Origin: Coraliomargaritaceae bacterium
GTDB taxonomy: Bacteria; Verrucomicrobiota; Verrucomicrobiia; Opitutales; Coraliomargaritaceae
Assembly (NCBI GenBank): GCA_965657865.1
Contig: CBFHPQ010000003.1
Location: 3,410 to 67,409 of the forward strand
Length of the DNA stretch: 64,000 bases
Direction: 5' to 3'
Shown here: positions 20,375 to 29,725 of the stretch, piece after piece
How the letters are laid out: each line of letters begins with the position of its first letter
Position numbering within the stretch: position 1 is the first letter of the stretch
Program-made: the position numbers and the translations under genes
Notes under the pieces: generated by a model
The model's database searches: none
Told to the model about the DNA's origin: nothing
What the model saw: the letters and a program-made list of their open reading frames with translations, nothing else

Positions 20375-21853
20375 ATGCGAGGTCGTAGAATCATTCCTAA
20401 AAAACAGGTTATAGCGCAAAGTCTAAAACTGCTGGCTCTGGCAAGTTGCCTGATTTGCCTGTCGAATGGGCTGCAAGCTCAGGAAAAAACTGAACTTTTC
20501 GAGGGCTCTTGGGCGGTCGGATCTAAGACCGTAGAGCCTATGATCATCCTGCTAAAGCCTGGAGGAAATGCAGCATTCTTCTACGCTCAGGGTTCCGATA
20601 ATTCTATCTATCCTGGGACTTGGACAGTGGACGCAGGAACCGCAAAAATCACTTGGGAAAACGGCACTTTACATGAATTACGTCAGGGTGCTTTTGATTT
20701 CGTGGGCAAATATACGGATTCGCTTGGATCAATTAAGGGTGATTTAACAGCTCAAAAAGTACCCTCTGAAGCGCTAGGTCAGTGGGCCGTGGCACCTGAT
20801 TCAGGGTCAAAAGAGGTCAAAGTTAATACCAAAACAAATTATTTTGGCATCTGGAAATACTCCGACCCAGCAAGTGATGCGCACTCCTTTCTATTAATCG
20901 AAGACAATCGCAGTGCTGCAAAATTTGAACCCACGAACGAAACAAACTCTGTCAATGGCTCATGGGTTCGCCAAGGCAGTGAGCTTCATTTGATTTGGGA
21001 AAACGGCGATTATTCCATTCTGCGAGAGACGGAGCGTGGATTTGCATTTAGAGAAATTGAAGCGGGTCAGGAAATTGAAATCCAGACCAACGCATTCCAA
21101 ACAATTCAGCGCGTTCCAGAAGAACAAGCGCCATCGTCTTGGCTCTCAGAAATTCGTAATCAACAATCAGAGACTCCCGAAGGATATGTTTTTGCCTCCA
21201 GAAAAGCCGCACGCGATTTTTACCGAGGTTATTGGTTAATTGAGCACGCTTCAGGGAGTTACGAACGATTGAAATTTTACCGCTATGGAACCCTCGAAAC
21301 CTCACGCCAAAACGGCCTTGATGGTGACTGGATGCTCTCGGGCCAAGATGCCATGCTTCGCTGGGATGATGGTATGCGCTATGTTTTAAGTCCTGTCGGG
21401 CAAGGATTTGTCCTTTTTAGCTACAAACCTGGACGCGCCATCGATGGAGTCCCAACACGCACCCTACCAGCAGCTCCACAAAACCCAGAAAAGCTTGAAA
21501 TCCTCCTCGCAGGTCGCAGCGCGTTTGCTAAGGAAATTCTCAGTCGAGCTCAAAATGCTGGTATCGACATTCAACGCGGAGACAACAAAGGCCCCTTAAA
21601 GTGGATTTGGCCCTTTGGAGAAACGAATCGCAATGACTCCTCCGCCTTAATGGTTCACGCTGAAGAACCCATTTCAAAGAAGTCTACCGATCCATGGTGG
21701 TGGCCTCTTTGGAGCGAAGCTCCATCGGAAACCGAAGAAGCCCAAGCGACCAAAAATTTAAGCACTCTCAGTAGCACGGATGCTCAAAAGAATATTCAAA
21801 GCCCTCAAAAACCTTTGATCAAAAAAAATAGTGACTGGTATTGGCCCTTCTGA
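20375..21853 (+). CDS. secreted hypothetical protein with three internal repeats and a Trp-rich C-terminal tail
   Basis: Signal peptide, then three modules of about 100 aa (G.W...G.W..G....(I/L).W(E/D)(N/D)G....L....GF.F). Three WxWP(F/L) motifs follow, the last at the extreme C-terminus. Confidence 0.6.
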   Translation: MRGRRIIPKKQVIAQSLKLLALASCLICLSNGLQAQEKTELFEGSWAVGSKTVEPMIILLKPGGNAAFFYAQGSDNSIYPGTWTVDAGTAKITWENGTLHELRQGAFDFVGKYTDSLGSIKGDLTAQKVPSEALGQWAVAPDSGSKEVKVNTKTNYFGIWKYSDPASDAHSFLLIEDNRSAAKFEPTNETNSVNGSWVRQGSELHLIWENGDYSILRETERGFAFREIEAGQEIEIQTNAFQTIQRVPEEQAPSSWLSEIRNQQSETPEGYVFASRKAARDFYRGYWLIEHASGSYERLKFYRYGTLETSRQNGLDGDWMLSGQDAMLRWDDGMRYVLSPVGQGFVLFSYKPGRAIDGVPTRTLPAAPQNPEKLEILLAGRSAFAKEILSRAQNAGIDIQRGDNKGPLKWIWPFGETNRNDSSALMVHAEEPISKKSTDPWWWPLWSEAPSETEEAQATKNLSTLSSTDAQKNIQSPQKPLIKKNSDWYWPF

Positions 21854-21889
21854 TTTGCACTCCAACTAAAAACTTTCTCAATACATACA

Positions 21890-23170
21890 ATGACAACCTT
21901 AAATTCTACCACAAATTTAAAAGCAGACTCACTTGCCACACTTGATTCTGAAGTAGCAAATGCAATTGCAGCTGAACGCAAGCGACAAGAGTCCCATATC
22001 GAGCTCATTGCTTCGGAAAACTTCACGCTACCCGCAGTGATCGAAGCTCAAGGCTCAGTTTTGACGAATAAATACGCCGAAGGCTATCCCGGCAAACGCT
22101 ACTATGGTGGCTGCGAACATGTCGACGTCATCGAAGAGCTCGCCATTGAACGCGCAAAAATCCTCTTCGGCGCTGATCATGCAAACGTCCAACCGCACTC
22201 TGGAAGCCAAGCAAATGCCGCCGTTTATTTATCGGTTCTTCGTCCAGGCGACAAAATTCTTACTATGAATCTGTCGGACGGTGGACATTTAACGCACGGT
22301 CACCCCATGAACTTTAGCGGTATCTACCATGAGGTTGTTAACTACGGAGTGAACGCAGAAACGGGCCGCATTGATTATGACGCCATCGCAGAAAGCGCTC
22401 GTGCAGAAAAACCTAAGATGATTACCGTCGGTGCTTCTGCCTACTCTAGAACAATCGATTTTGCGCGCATGGGTGAAATTGCCCGCGAGGTAGGCGCCTA
22501 TCTGCTGGCAGATATTGCTCACATTGCAGGCCTTGTTGCAGCAGGAGTCCATCCCTCTCCAGTTCCGCACGCTGATTTTGTAACCACTACGACTCACAAA
22601 ACTTTGCGAGGCCCTCGTGGTGGGCTCATTCTTTGTAAAGAAGCGCATGCTAAAAAGATTGATACCGCAGTCTTCCCAGGTACACAAGGCGGTCCCTTGA
22701 TGCATGTAATTGCCGCTAAGGCAGTATGCTTCAAAGAAGCCACTGGAGATGATTTTAAAGCCTATCAAAGTCAAGTAGCAGCAAATGCAAACGCACTTGC
22801 AAACGCGCTCACTGCTCGGGGTTATCACGTTATCAGCGGTGGTACTGACAACCACCTAATGATGCTCGATTTGCGCAAAAAAGACGCAGACCTAACAGGT
22901 AAAATTGCACAAATCGCACTCGATAAGGCAAACATCACAGCCAATAAGAATACTGTTCCTGGCGAAACGCGAAGTCCTTTCCAAACTAGTGGAATTCGCT
23001 TTGGTACTCCTGCAGTTACCTCTCGAGGTATGGATGAATTCGCTATGGAAAAAATAGCTGAAGCGATTGACATCGTCTTAAGCGCCCCAGAAGACGATGA
23101 AAGTATTTTAAAAGCTCAACAAATCGCACTCATGCTTTGCAAAGAATACCCGCTGCCGTATGCACAATAA
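21890..23170 (+). CDS. glyA: serine hydroxymethyltransferase
   Basis: [23 protein letters not shown] and [14 protein letters not shown] (PLP-binding Lys) are all present. Confidence 0.95.
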   Translation: MTTLNSTTNLKADSLATLDSEVANAIAAERKRQESHIELIASENFTLPAVIEAQGSVLTNKYAEGYPGKRYYGGCEHVDVIEELAIERAKILFGADHANVQPHSGSQANAAVYLSVLRPGDKILTMNLSDGGHLTHGHPMNFSGIYHEVVNYGVNAETGRIDYDAIAESARAEKPKMITVGASAYSRTIDFARMGEIAREVGAYLLADIAHIAGLVAAGVHPSPVPHADFVTTTTHKTLRGPRGGLILCKEAHAKKIDTAVFPGTQGGPLMHVIAAKAVCFKEATGDDFKAYQSQVAANANALANALTARGYHVISGGTDNHLMMLDLRKKDADLTGKIAQIALDKANITANKNTVPGETRSPFQTSGIRFGTPAVTSRGMDEFAMEKIAEAIDIVLSAPEDDESILKAQQIALMLCKEYPLPYAQ

Positions 23171-23271
23171 GGGATTCTACCCTGAAAGAAAAAAGTTGCA
23201 CCAAATTTCAACAACGTTTCTATATTAGTAATAATAAGCCTCTCCCCTAACGACATAAGCAAAGGTAATTT

Positions 23272-23964
23272 ATGAAATATAAAAAATTAAACCGTTCAGG
23301 TTTTACCCTCATTGAACTTTTAACTGTTATTGCGATTATCGGAATTCTGGCGGCAATTCTTATCCCTGCAGTTGGCAAGGTTAGGCAAACCGCAAACAAA
23401 ATGCGTTCATCCTCAAACATCCGTTCCATCGCATTAGCATATGCAACGTATTCAAGTTCTAGCGGACGTACAAAAACCCTTTCTCGCGCCAAGCTTAGCA
23501 CCGCAAACATTCACAGCGTTGCAGAATTCCTCGCCAAGCAAGTCGATCTCTCAGATGCAAGCATCTGGATTATTGATTCGGATCCCAAGCTCATAGATTT
23601 TGAAAACGACGGGCGCACTATTCCTGCAGTTATTGGTTACCGTGATAGTAACAATAATTTCCAAAAAAGTAGCGACTGGAATAATAGTGTACCCCTCGGT
23701 TATGACTTTGCTTTGGGTGCAGGCGGCAATGATCCCCCCTCTACAACTCCGCTTACATGGACACGTGGACTCAATTCCTCAGGCAATTGGGGTAAAGATA
23801 CTCCTTGGGGACTCGGAGGTCATATCGCTTACCTAGATGCTCACGTTTCATGGTATAACGATCTTGAAGGTGAAGACGGCCAATTGGTAAATCCTTCAAA
23901 CGGTACGCTTACCAACAACATTTTAAATGTCCACAGCAGCAACGACATCATGCGCGCTGATTAA
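23272..23964 (+). CDS. prepilin-type N-terminal cleavage/methylation domain protein (pseudopilin-like, DUF1559 / H-X9-DG-like class)
   Basis: MKYKKLNRSG|FTLIELLTVIAIIGILAAILIP is a classical class-III signal. The C-terminal GGHIAYLDAHVSW resembles the conserved ..DGHV motif of the Verrucomicrobia/Planctomycetes pseudopilin expansion. Confidence 0.8.
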   Translation: MKYKKLNRSGFTLIELLTVIAIIGILAAILIPAVGKVRQTANKMRSSSNIRSIALAYATYSSSSGRTKTLSRAKLSTANIHSVAEFLAKQVDLSDASIWIIDSDPKLIDFENDGRTIPAVIGYRDSNNNFQKSSDWNNSVPLGYDFALGAGGNDPPSTTPLTWTRGLNSSGNWGKDTPWGLGGHIAYLDAHVSWYNDLEGEDGQLVNPSNGTLTNNILNVHSSNDIMRAD

Positions 23965-23994
23965 TTTAGTACTTCTAAATCTAATTTTAAAAAG

Positions 23995-24026
23995 AGGCCG
24001 CGCACAATTCAGTGTTCGGCCTTTTT
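23995..24026 (+). terminator. rho-independent terminator
   Basis: AGGCCG...CGGCCT stem with an inner CAC/GTG pairing, followed by TTTTT. Confidence 0.65.
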
Positions 24027-24087
24027 CATTTATCAAAAAAACATTATTGTTTTGAACAAATAGATCTAATTAAGTTAATTAAAAACA

Positions 24088-25761
24088 ATGGATGAATCAT
24101 CCCCTATCTATGTTTTGGGTCATAAAAACCCAGATGCTGACGCTATTTGCTCCGCGCTTGCCTATGAGGCGTACAAACATGCCCAAGGCGAAACACACTA
24201 CGTAGCTGCTCGTTGCGGAAATACAAACGCTCGGATTGATACTATCTTGGAGTATTTTCATCTCCCCGTACCGCTTTTTATTGGCGATATCACTCCACGG
24301 GTGGAATCTATCATGAATCACAATCCGCACAGCGTGACTACCCAGAGTACATGCGCTGAGGCACTCGAGTTGATTGACCGCTATGATATTAGAGCGCTGC
24401 CCGTAATTGATTCCGTCAATAAGATTCAAGGGAGCATCAGCTTTTTCCAACTAGGTGAGTTCTTTGTTCCAAAGCCAAGATCTTCAAAAGAAATGCGACG
24501 TGTGAAGACGAATATCAATGCCATTATTCGTTCCCTAAATGCAGAAGTTCTAAACTTATCAGATCCTACTGAAGTCGAGGAATTATTTGTCCGTGTTGGG
24601 GCAATGGACGTCACCTCATTTGATAATTACAGCAGAGAAGAAGATACTCCTCCCAGTCAATCGATCATCATTGTAGGTGATCGTTCTGATATACAAAAGC
24701 TTTGTATTGATCTGAAGGTACGACTCCTTGTCATCACCGGAGGTCTTAAAGTGGATCAAGAAATAATCGACTATGCCGCGGCAAATGACATTAGCTTGAT
24801 CATCAGCCCATACGACTCCGCATCGACCTCTTGGATCATTCGCACGGCTACTCTGATAGAAAGTTTGTATAAAAAGAATGCACCTTGCTTTTCTGCAGAC
24901 GATGCCGTTCACACCGTAAAAAGTAGAATCGAATCGCTCAACGACCCGCTCTACATGGTAACAAACGAGGCCAACGAATTGTGTGGCGTATTTGCCAAGA
25001 GCGATATTCTTCGGCCCAGTAAAACTCGCATTGCCCTTGTTGATCACAATGAACTCAACCAAGCCGTCAACGGAGCCGGAAAAGTAAAAATAGAAGAAAT
25101 CATAGATCACCACAAACTTGGTAATCTTCCAACTCGCCAACCCATTCTATTCATCAATCGACCCGTAGGTTCAACTTGTTCGATCATCGCAGACTTATTT
25201 CGAAATGAAAATTTAACCCCTTCTGCATCCATTGCAGGTGCTATGATGTCAGGTATTATTTCTGACACCCTATTCCTGAGTAGCCCCACCACCACCCCGC
25301 TTGAGAAAACTCTTTTAGAATGGTTGTCGCCAATCGCGGGGATTGAACCTGAAAAACTTGCGGAGCGAATTTTTTCTTCGGGCTCTGTAATTCTAAACTC
25401 CACAGCCCAAGAAGTCATTAACTCTGATTGCAAAGATTACCAAGAAGGAGAAATTCGATATAGCGTCTCTCAAATCGAAGAGCTGGGATTTGATAATTTT
25501 AATTCTAACGCCAGCATCTTGGAAGATGCTCTACAAGAACACAGGAAATCAAGTCATATCGACTTAAGCTTTCTTCTGATCACGGATGTTAACTCACACG
25601 ATTCTATCTTACTTGTTAGCGGAAACGAAGTAGCGGTTTCTCATATTAACTACCCACAATACGGTAAAAGTAGCGCCTACCTTCTTTCGGGTGTAGTCAG
25701 TCGTAAAAAACAATTGATTCCCTACATCAGCGGACTCCTGAAGACCTCGGGCTTGGTTTAA
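24088..25761 (+). CDS. ppaC: family II (DHH) inorganic pyrophosphatase with inserted CBS pair and DRTGG domain
   Basis: YVLGHKNPDADAICSALAYEAY (DHH N-terminus), a CBS pair, a DRTGG-like segment (IIVGDRSDIQ...LLVITGG) and VDHNE...DHHKLG (DHH/DHHA2). Length is 557 aa. Confidence 0.8.
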   Translation: MDESSPIYVLGHKNPDADAICSALAYEAYKHAQGETHYVAARCGNTNARIDTILEYFHLPVPLFIGDITPRVESIMNHNPHSVTTQSTCAEALELIDRYDIRALPVIDSVNKIQGSISFFQLGEFFVPKPRSSKEMRRVKTNINAIIRSLNAEVLNLSDPTEVEELFVRVGAMDVTSFDNYSREEDTPPSQSIIIVGDRSDIQKLCIDLKVRLLVITGGLKVDQEIIDYAAANDISLIISPYDSASTSWIIRTATLIESLYKKNAPCFSADDAVHTVKSRIESLNDPLYMVTNEANELCGVFAKSDILRPSKTRIALVDHNELNQAVNGAGKVKIEEIIDHHKLGNLPTRQPILFINRPVGSTCSIIADLFRNENLTPSASIAGAMMSGIISDTLFLSSPTTTPLEKTLLEWLSPIAGIEPEKLAERIFSSGSVILNSTAQEVINSDCKDYQEGEIRYSVSQIEELGFDNFNSNASILEDALQEHRKSSHIDLSFLLITDVNSHDSILLVSGNEVAVSHINYPQYGKSSAYLLSGVVSRKKQLIPYISGLLKTSGLV

Positions 25762-25768
25762 CAAGGAT

Positions 25769-26524
25769 TTACTCGCTTGCGTTACGACGCCACCGGCTTC
25801 CTTGTGCTATGCTATATTGAAACTTACGGGAATGCTCCCGAATGAGAAATGGCATATCCTTAACGCTTTCTAAAGTAAATGCAGGTTCAAGCGCTTTTCT
25901 AAGTCCTTCAAAAGAGCTTTGAGCACCCTCACCAAGCCAATTGCATCGAGGAGTGTATTCCTCAAGCCAGGTAAAAGGCGTAGTGATAAAAAGCTGCCCG
26001 CCTGGTTTAACAAGGTGCGGCAAGCGAGCCAATAGCTTATTCGGATCCGGCAAGCGACAGATTAGATTGCAGGCAATTAAAACATCAAAACCTTCGAGGT
26101 CTGCACGCAAGGTCTGTGCATCTCCAACTTCAAAACTTAAACGGTCGCGGTCAATTGCGCCGTCCAAAGATACTTCCAGAGTCGATACTTTTGAACCTTC
26201 ATCTAAACGCTCAATTAAACAGGCACCCTGCATTCGAACTGCATTAGCAGCGTCGATAAAAGCCTTAGAATAATCAATTCCTATGACGGATTCACAATAC
26301 CGCGCTAATTCAAAACTGCTGCGACCCACCGCGCAGCCCAAATCAAGTGCTCGTGCACCTTCAGGAATTGCCTTTAAGTCCAATCCTTCTTCGACGCACC
26401 GTAACGGAAAATCTAGCGCATCCTGTCCTCCAAACGAGTAGGGAAACTGATCTTTAGCCGAGCCGTAGTGGAACAGCAAGTACTGATCAAGTAACGCCTT
26501 ACTTTCGTAGGGATTATCTTCCAT
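25769..26524 (-). CDS. class I SAM-dependent methyltransferase, OvoA C-terminal-domain-like
   Basis: The SAM motif I is ALDLGCAVGRSSFEL. The N-terminal YESKALLDQYLLFHYG resembles, from memory, the putative 4-mercaptohistidine N1-methyltransferase family. Confidence 0.6.
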   Translation of the reverse strand: MEDNPYESKALLDQYLLFHYGSAKDQFPYSFGGQDALDFPLRCVEEGLDLKAIPEGARALDLGCAVGRSSFELARYCESVIGIDYSKAFIDAANAVRMQGACLIERLDEGSKVSTLEVSLDGAIDRDRLSFEVGDAQTLRADLEGFDVLIACNLICRLPDPNKLLARLPHLVKPGGQLFITTPFTWLEEYTPRCNWLGEGAQSSFEGLRKALEPAFTLESVKDMPFLIREHSRKFQYSIAQGSRWRRNASE

Positions 26525-26547
26525 GGGTAGAATCTATGAACCTAAAA

Positions 26548-27720
26548 CTAGGCTTCGACAGGTACTTCTGCCTCAAAGCAAGCAATCATAAATGCTGAAG
26601 GCTTATAATTCTGAATAAGCACGGTGCTTTGACCATCCTTAATCATACGCGCCTCTTGCAATCGAATTTCTGGCGTTTTGTGAGGTGCATAGAGCACGTC
26701 ATCGTGCGAAGCATTCTTATGCTCTTTAAATAGATCTGGTGTGATCTTCCCGCCGAGGTGGTCATCACGACCTGTGGCAACATGAATTGTACCGAGAATT
26801 TTCTCGTCTTGAATGTCGCGACCCGAAAAAGGAAGCACTTGAGTGCCAAAACCGAGCTCGCCAATTGCACCAATCATAGGGTCTGCTTTTAGGCGATTGT
26901 TGTGATCCTCAATTTCGGAGTAATCCCCGTAAACAAATTGAGATTTGAAGATGCTGCCATCTTTAACATGCAAGAGTCCAATCGTTTCCTCGCTGTATTT
27001 AAAAGGGAAAACCCCTTCCGCGCTATCTGGAACAAAGTACACCTCTCCTGCAGGTAAATTTGCAACATCTGGCTTACCCGGAGGACATAAACCATGACTC
27101 TTCTGAGCCTCCTGCTTATTTGTGTGCAGCTTTAAAGTGTAAACCTTACTCTCAACTTCAAAATCAATTTCAAAAGAATCCGCTTGAGTGAGCCCAAGAC
27201 GAAGCTTCTCCGCATCATCACTCACGCTGTCGTAATCGACCGCCAAGCCAGTATCAAGAATGATTTGGTTCAAACCGTGCAAAGTCGCTCCCCTAAAACC
27301 AAACTCCTTACATTTAGCAGTCAGTGGTGCAGTCGCTGAAAAAGTTGAGACCGTTAAAATGATGTCATATTGAGTATAAATATCTCGATCCAGACTGAGT
27401 TCAGTGCCCTCGGGATTAAAGCACACGTCTTCCATGTCTAAGTTACTGCCACCAGTTTCTTTATAGGCAAAAATTTCGCCCCCTTTCCAATTCATTAGCT
27501 CAAGCGCTCCCTGCTGAAATCCTTTGTAAAAAACTTCGTGTCCGTAATTCTGAATAGAGAGAGTTTCATCCTCCAGAAACTTGAAATCTTTAATATCTCC
27601 GGGATTTGGCAAATCGATCAAAACGCAAACACGTTCTCCATTACCAGATCCAAAACATGTAGTAAGGAGTCGAGTTAAACTAAAAGGTTCGAAATTACGA
27701 GCAGCAGCATCTAAGATCAT
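26548..27720 (-). CDS. hypothetical protein, possibly aminopeptidase-T (M29) / NicX superfamily
   Basis: ANLPAGEVYFVP, IGELGFGTQ and GTIHVATGRDDHLGG...ASHDDV resemble metal-site segments of the M29/NicX fold. This is a weak call made by eye. Its stop is 23 nt upstream of the methyltransferase start. Confidence 0.3.
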   Translation of the reverse strand: MILDAAARNFEPFSLTRLLTTCFGSGNGERVCVLIDLPNPGDIKDFKFLEDETLSIQNYGHEVFYKGFQQGALELMNWKGGEIFAYKETGGSNLDMEDVCFNPEGTELSLDRDIYTQYDIILTVSTFSATAPLTAKCKEFGFRGATLHGLNQIILDTGLAVDYDSVSDDAEKLRLGLTQADSFEIDFEVESKVYTLKLHTNKQEAQKSHGLCPPGKPDVANLPAGEVYFVPDSAEGVFPFKYSEETIGLLHVKDGSIFKSQFVYGDYSEIEDHNNRLKADPMIGAIGELGFGTQVLPFSGRDIQDEKILGTIHVATGRDDHLGGKITPDLFKEHKNASHDDVLYAPHKTPEIRLQEARMIKDGQSTVLIQNYKPSAFMIACFEAEVPVEA

Positions 27721-27847
27721 AACTATGTTAGGTTTATATAGGTTAAATAAAACTAAGATATGAAAATAAAATTTAAATTGGTCAAATTTTCATTTTAGTA
27801 ATAGCCAAGTATTAATAAATTATTAATTTTGATAATATTAACTTATA

Positions 27848-28432
27848 ATGAAACGTGGTTTTGATTTTATAATAAGCTTTCTTGGCTTAATTGTTCTGGG
27901 CTTGTTTGCATTCGTACTGTTTCCATTACAAATTGCGCTCATTGGGTTCCCTCTATTTTTTCGCCAAGAACGAGCAGGCAGGAATGGAAAAACTTTTTAT
28001 ATTTTGAAATTTCGAACCATGCTCAAAGGCACTGGCTCTGATGAAGAAAGACTCACTAAATGGGGTCGTTTACTTCGAGCCACAAGCATTGATGAACTGC
28101 CCGAGCTTTGGAATGTGTTAAAGGGTGAAATGAGCCTTGTCGGCCCGCGCCCATTACCCACCGCATATCTACCACTCTATTCTAAGGCTCAAGCCCGACG
28201 CCATGAGGTCATGCCAGGCATTACTGGCTGGGCCCAAATTAATGGGCGCAACGGAATTTCATGGGAAAAACAATTTGAGCTAGACCTCTGGTATGTCGAG
28301 AACGCAAGCCTGTGGTTAGACCTTAAAATACTTTCTGGCACGATCAAAGCCGTTTTAGTTCGGAAAAATATTAACGAATCTGAAGCAGTCACACGACGCC
28401 CTTTCACGGGGAGCGAGTCACTTGGAAGGTAA
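27848..28432 (+). CDS. undecaprenyl-phosphate sugar phosphotransferase (small monotopic PGT, WbaP/PglC-like)
   Basis: MKRGFDFIISFLGLIVL re-entrant helix, then KFRTM, DELPQL-like (IDELPELWNVLKGEMSLVGPRP) and PGITGWAQINGRN. Confidence 0.85.
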   Translation: MKRGFDFIISFLGLIVLGLFAFVLFPLQIALIGFPLFFRQERAGRNGKTFYILKFRTMLKGTGSDEERLTKWGRLLRATSIDELPELWNVLKGEMSLVGPRPLPTAYLPLYSKAQARRHEVMPGITGWAQINGRNGISWEKQFELDLWYVENASLWLDLKILSGTIKAVLVRKNINESEAVTRRPFTGSESLGR

Positions 28433-28487
28433 ATTTATAGATTATACAAAAGTTTGCCATGCGACATTTTTGATCTAATATAAAATC

Positions 28488-29060
28488 ATGAATACAATTC
28501 GAACTTACACCAATGCGCTTTCATTCGTCTCACTCTTCCTAGTGATTGGTTGTCAAAGTCCAGTTGAGGTGGATTACGATCGAAGCGCAGTTTCACAACT
28601 TCAAAACTACAGAAGCTTCACCATCGAAGACCGAGATACGCGAGAAGGATACGGAAACATTGCACTTAGCCCCATCGTAGATCGTCGCATCGCAAAAGCC
28701 ATTCAGTTTAACTTAGAAGACAAAGGCTTTGCCTATCGCAAAGATGCGGCAGACTTCAAAGTACACTTCCATACCCTCACTAAAGAACAAACCGAAGTTC
28801 ACGACCTAAGTGTTGGTCCACCTCCTTTTGGACGCTCCCCTTATTTTGGTGATTACAGTTACAGCAGGATCCTTGTTGATAAATACGAGGAAGGCACTCT
28901 CGTGATTGATATCATTGATATTGCATCCAATGAACTTGTGTGGCGCGGAGCTCACGTCCGCCGACTTCAACGCAAAGCCCTGAATTTAGAAGAACTTCAA
29001 ATTGTGGTCGATTCGGTTCTCCTAAATTTCCCGCCTCTAAGCAGTTCTTTGCTTAATTGA
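28488..29060 (+). CDS. DUF4136-family lipoprotein
   Basis: Lipobox LVIGC. The C-terminal GTLVIDIIDIASNELVWRG is typical of DUF4136. Confidence 0.6.
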   Translation: MNTIRTYTNALSFVSLFLVIGCQSPVEVDYDRSAVSQLQNYRSFTIEDRDTREGYGNIALSPIVDRRIAKAIQFNLEDKGFAYRKDAADFKVHFHTLTKEQTEVHDLSVGPPPFGRSPYFGDYSYSRILVDKYEEGTLVIDIIDIASNELVWRGAHVRRLQRKALNLEELQIVVDSVLLNFPPLSSSLLN

Positions 29061-29097
29061 AGTTGACTTCAGCACACTTTCTCACGGTCTTTGTGTT

Positions 29098-29697
29098 ATG
29101 AATATCGTATGCCTTGACCTTGAGGGAGTATTGATCCCCGAAATCTGGATTGCATTTGCAGAGACTACTGGCATCGAAGCCCTGAAGCGTACTACACGGG
29201 ATGAACCGTGTTATGACACCCTAATGCGTTACCGGCTCGATATCCTTGATCGCGAAGGCTTCAAGCTTGAAGATATTGAAACAGTTATCGGCACGCTCGA
29301 TCCCCTCCCAGGCGCAACTGAATTTGTCGAATGGGTAACTTCTCAAACTCGTCTCGTCATCCTTTCAGATACTTTTAGTCAGTTTGCAGGTCCCCTTATG
29401 GCAAAACTAGGAAACCCAACTCTCTTTTGCCATGACCTTGAAATTGATTCTGAAGGACATATTACTGACTACCGACTTCGATTGCCAGATCATAAACGTC
29501 GCGCAGTCGAAGCCTTCAAGGCCTTAAATTTCGATACCTTTGCTGCGGGTGACTCGTACAATGATCTGAGTATGATTGAAGTAGCGGACCACAAAGCGCT
29601 CTTTTGTCCCCCAGAGCGCTTAATCAAAGAAAGACCCGATTTAGCAGTTGCGACTACCCACGAACAATTACGCGCAATAATCGAAAAAGCGCTTTAA
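29098..29697 (+). CDS. thrH: bifunctional phosphoserine phosphatase / homoserine phosphotransferase ThrH
   Basis: MNIVCLDLEGVLIPEIWIAFAETTGIEALKRTTRDEPCYDTLMRYRLDIL is near-collinear with my recollection of Pseudomonas aeruginosa ThrH (MEIACLDLEGVLVPEIWIAFAEKTGI...). The GDSYND HAD motif is present. Confidence 0.85.
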   Translation: MNIVCLDLEGVLIPEIWIAFAETTGIEALKRTTRDEPCYDTLMRYRLDILDREGFKLEDIETVIGTLDPLPGATEFVEWVTSQTRLVILSDTFSQFAGPLMAKLGNPTLFCHDLEIDSEGHITDYRLRLPDHKRRAVEAFKALNFDTFAAGDSYNDLSMIEVADHKALFCPPERLIKERPDLAVATTHEQLRAIIEKAL

Positions 29698-29725
29698 TAT
29701 CTAACGAATCACTTGCCCTACAACT

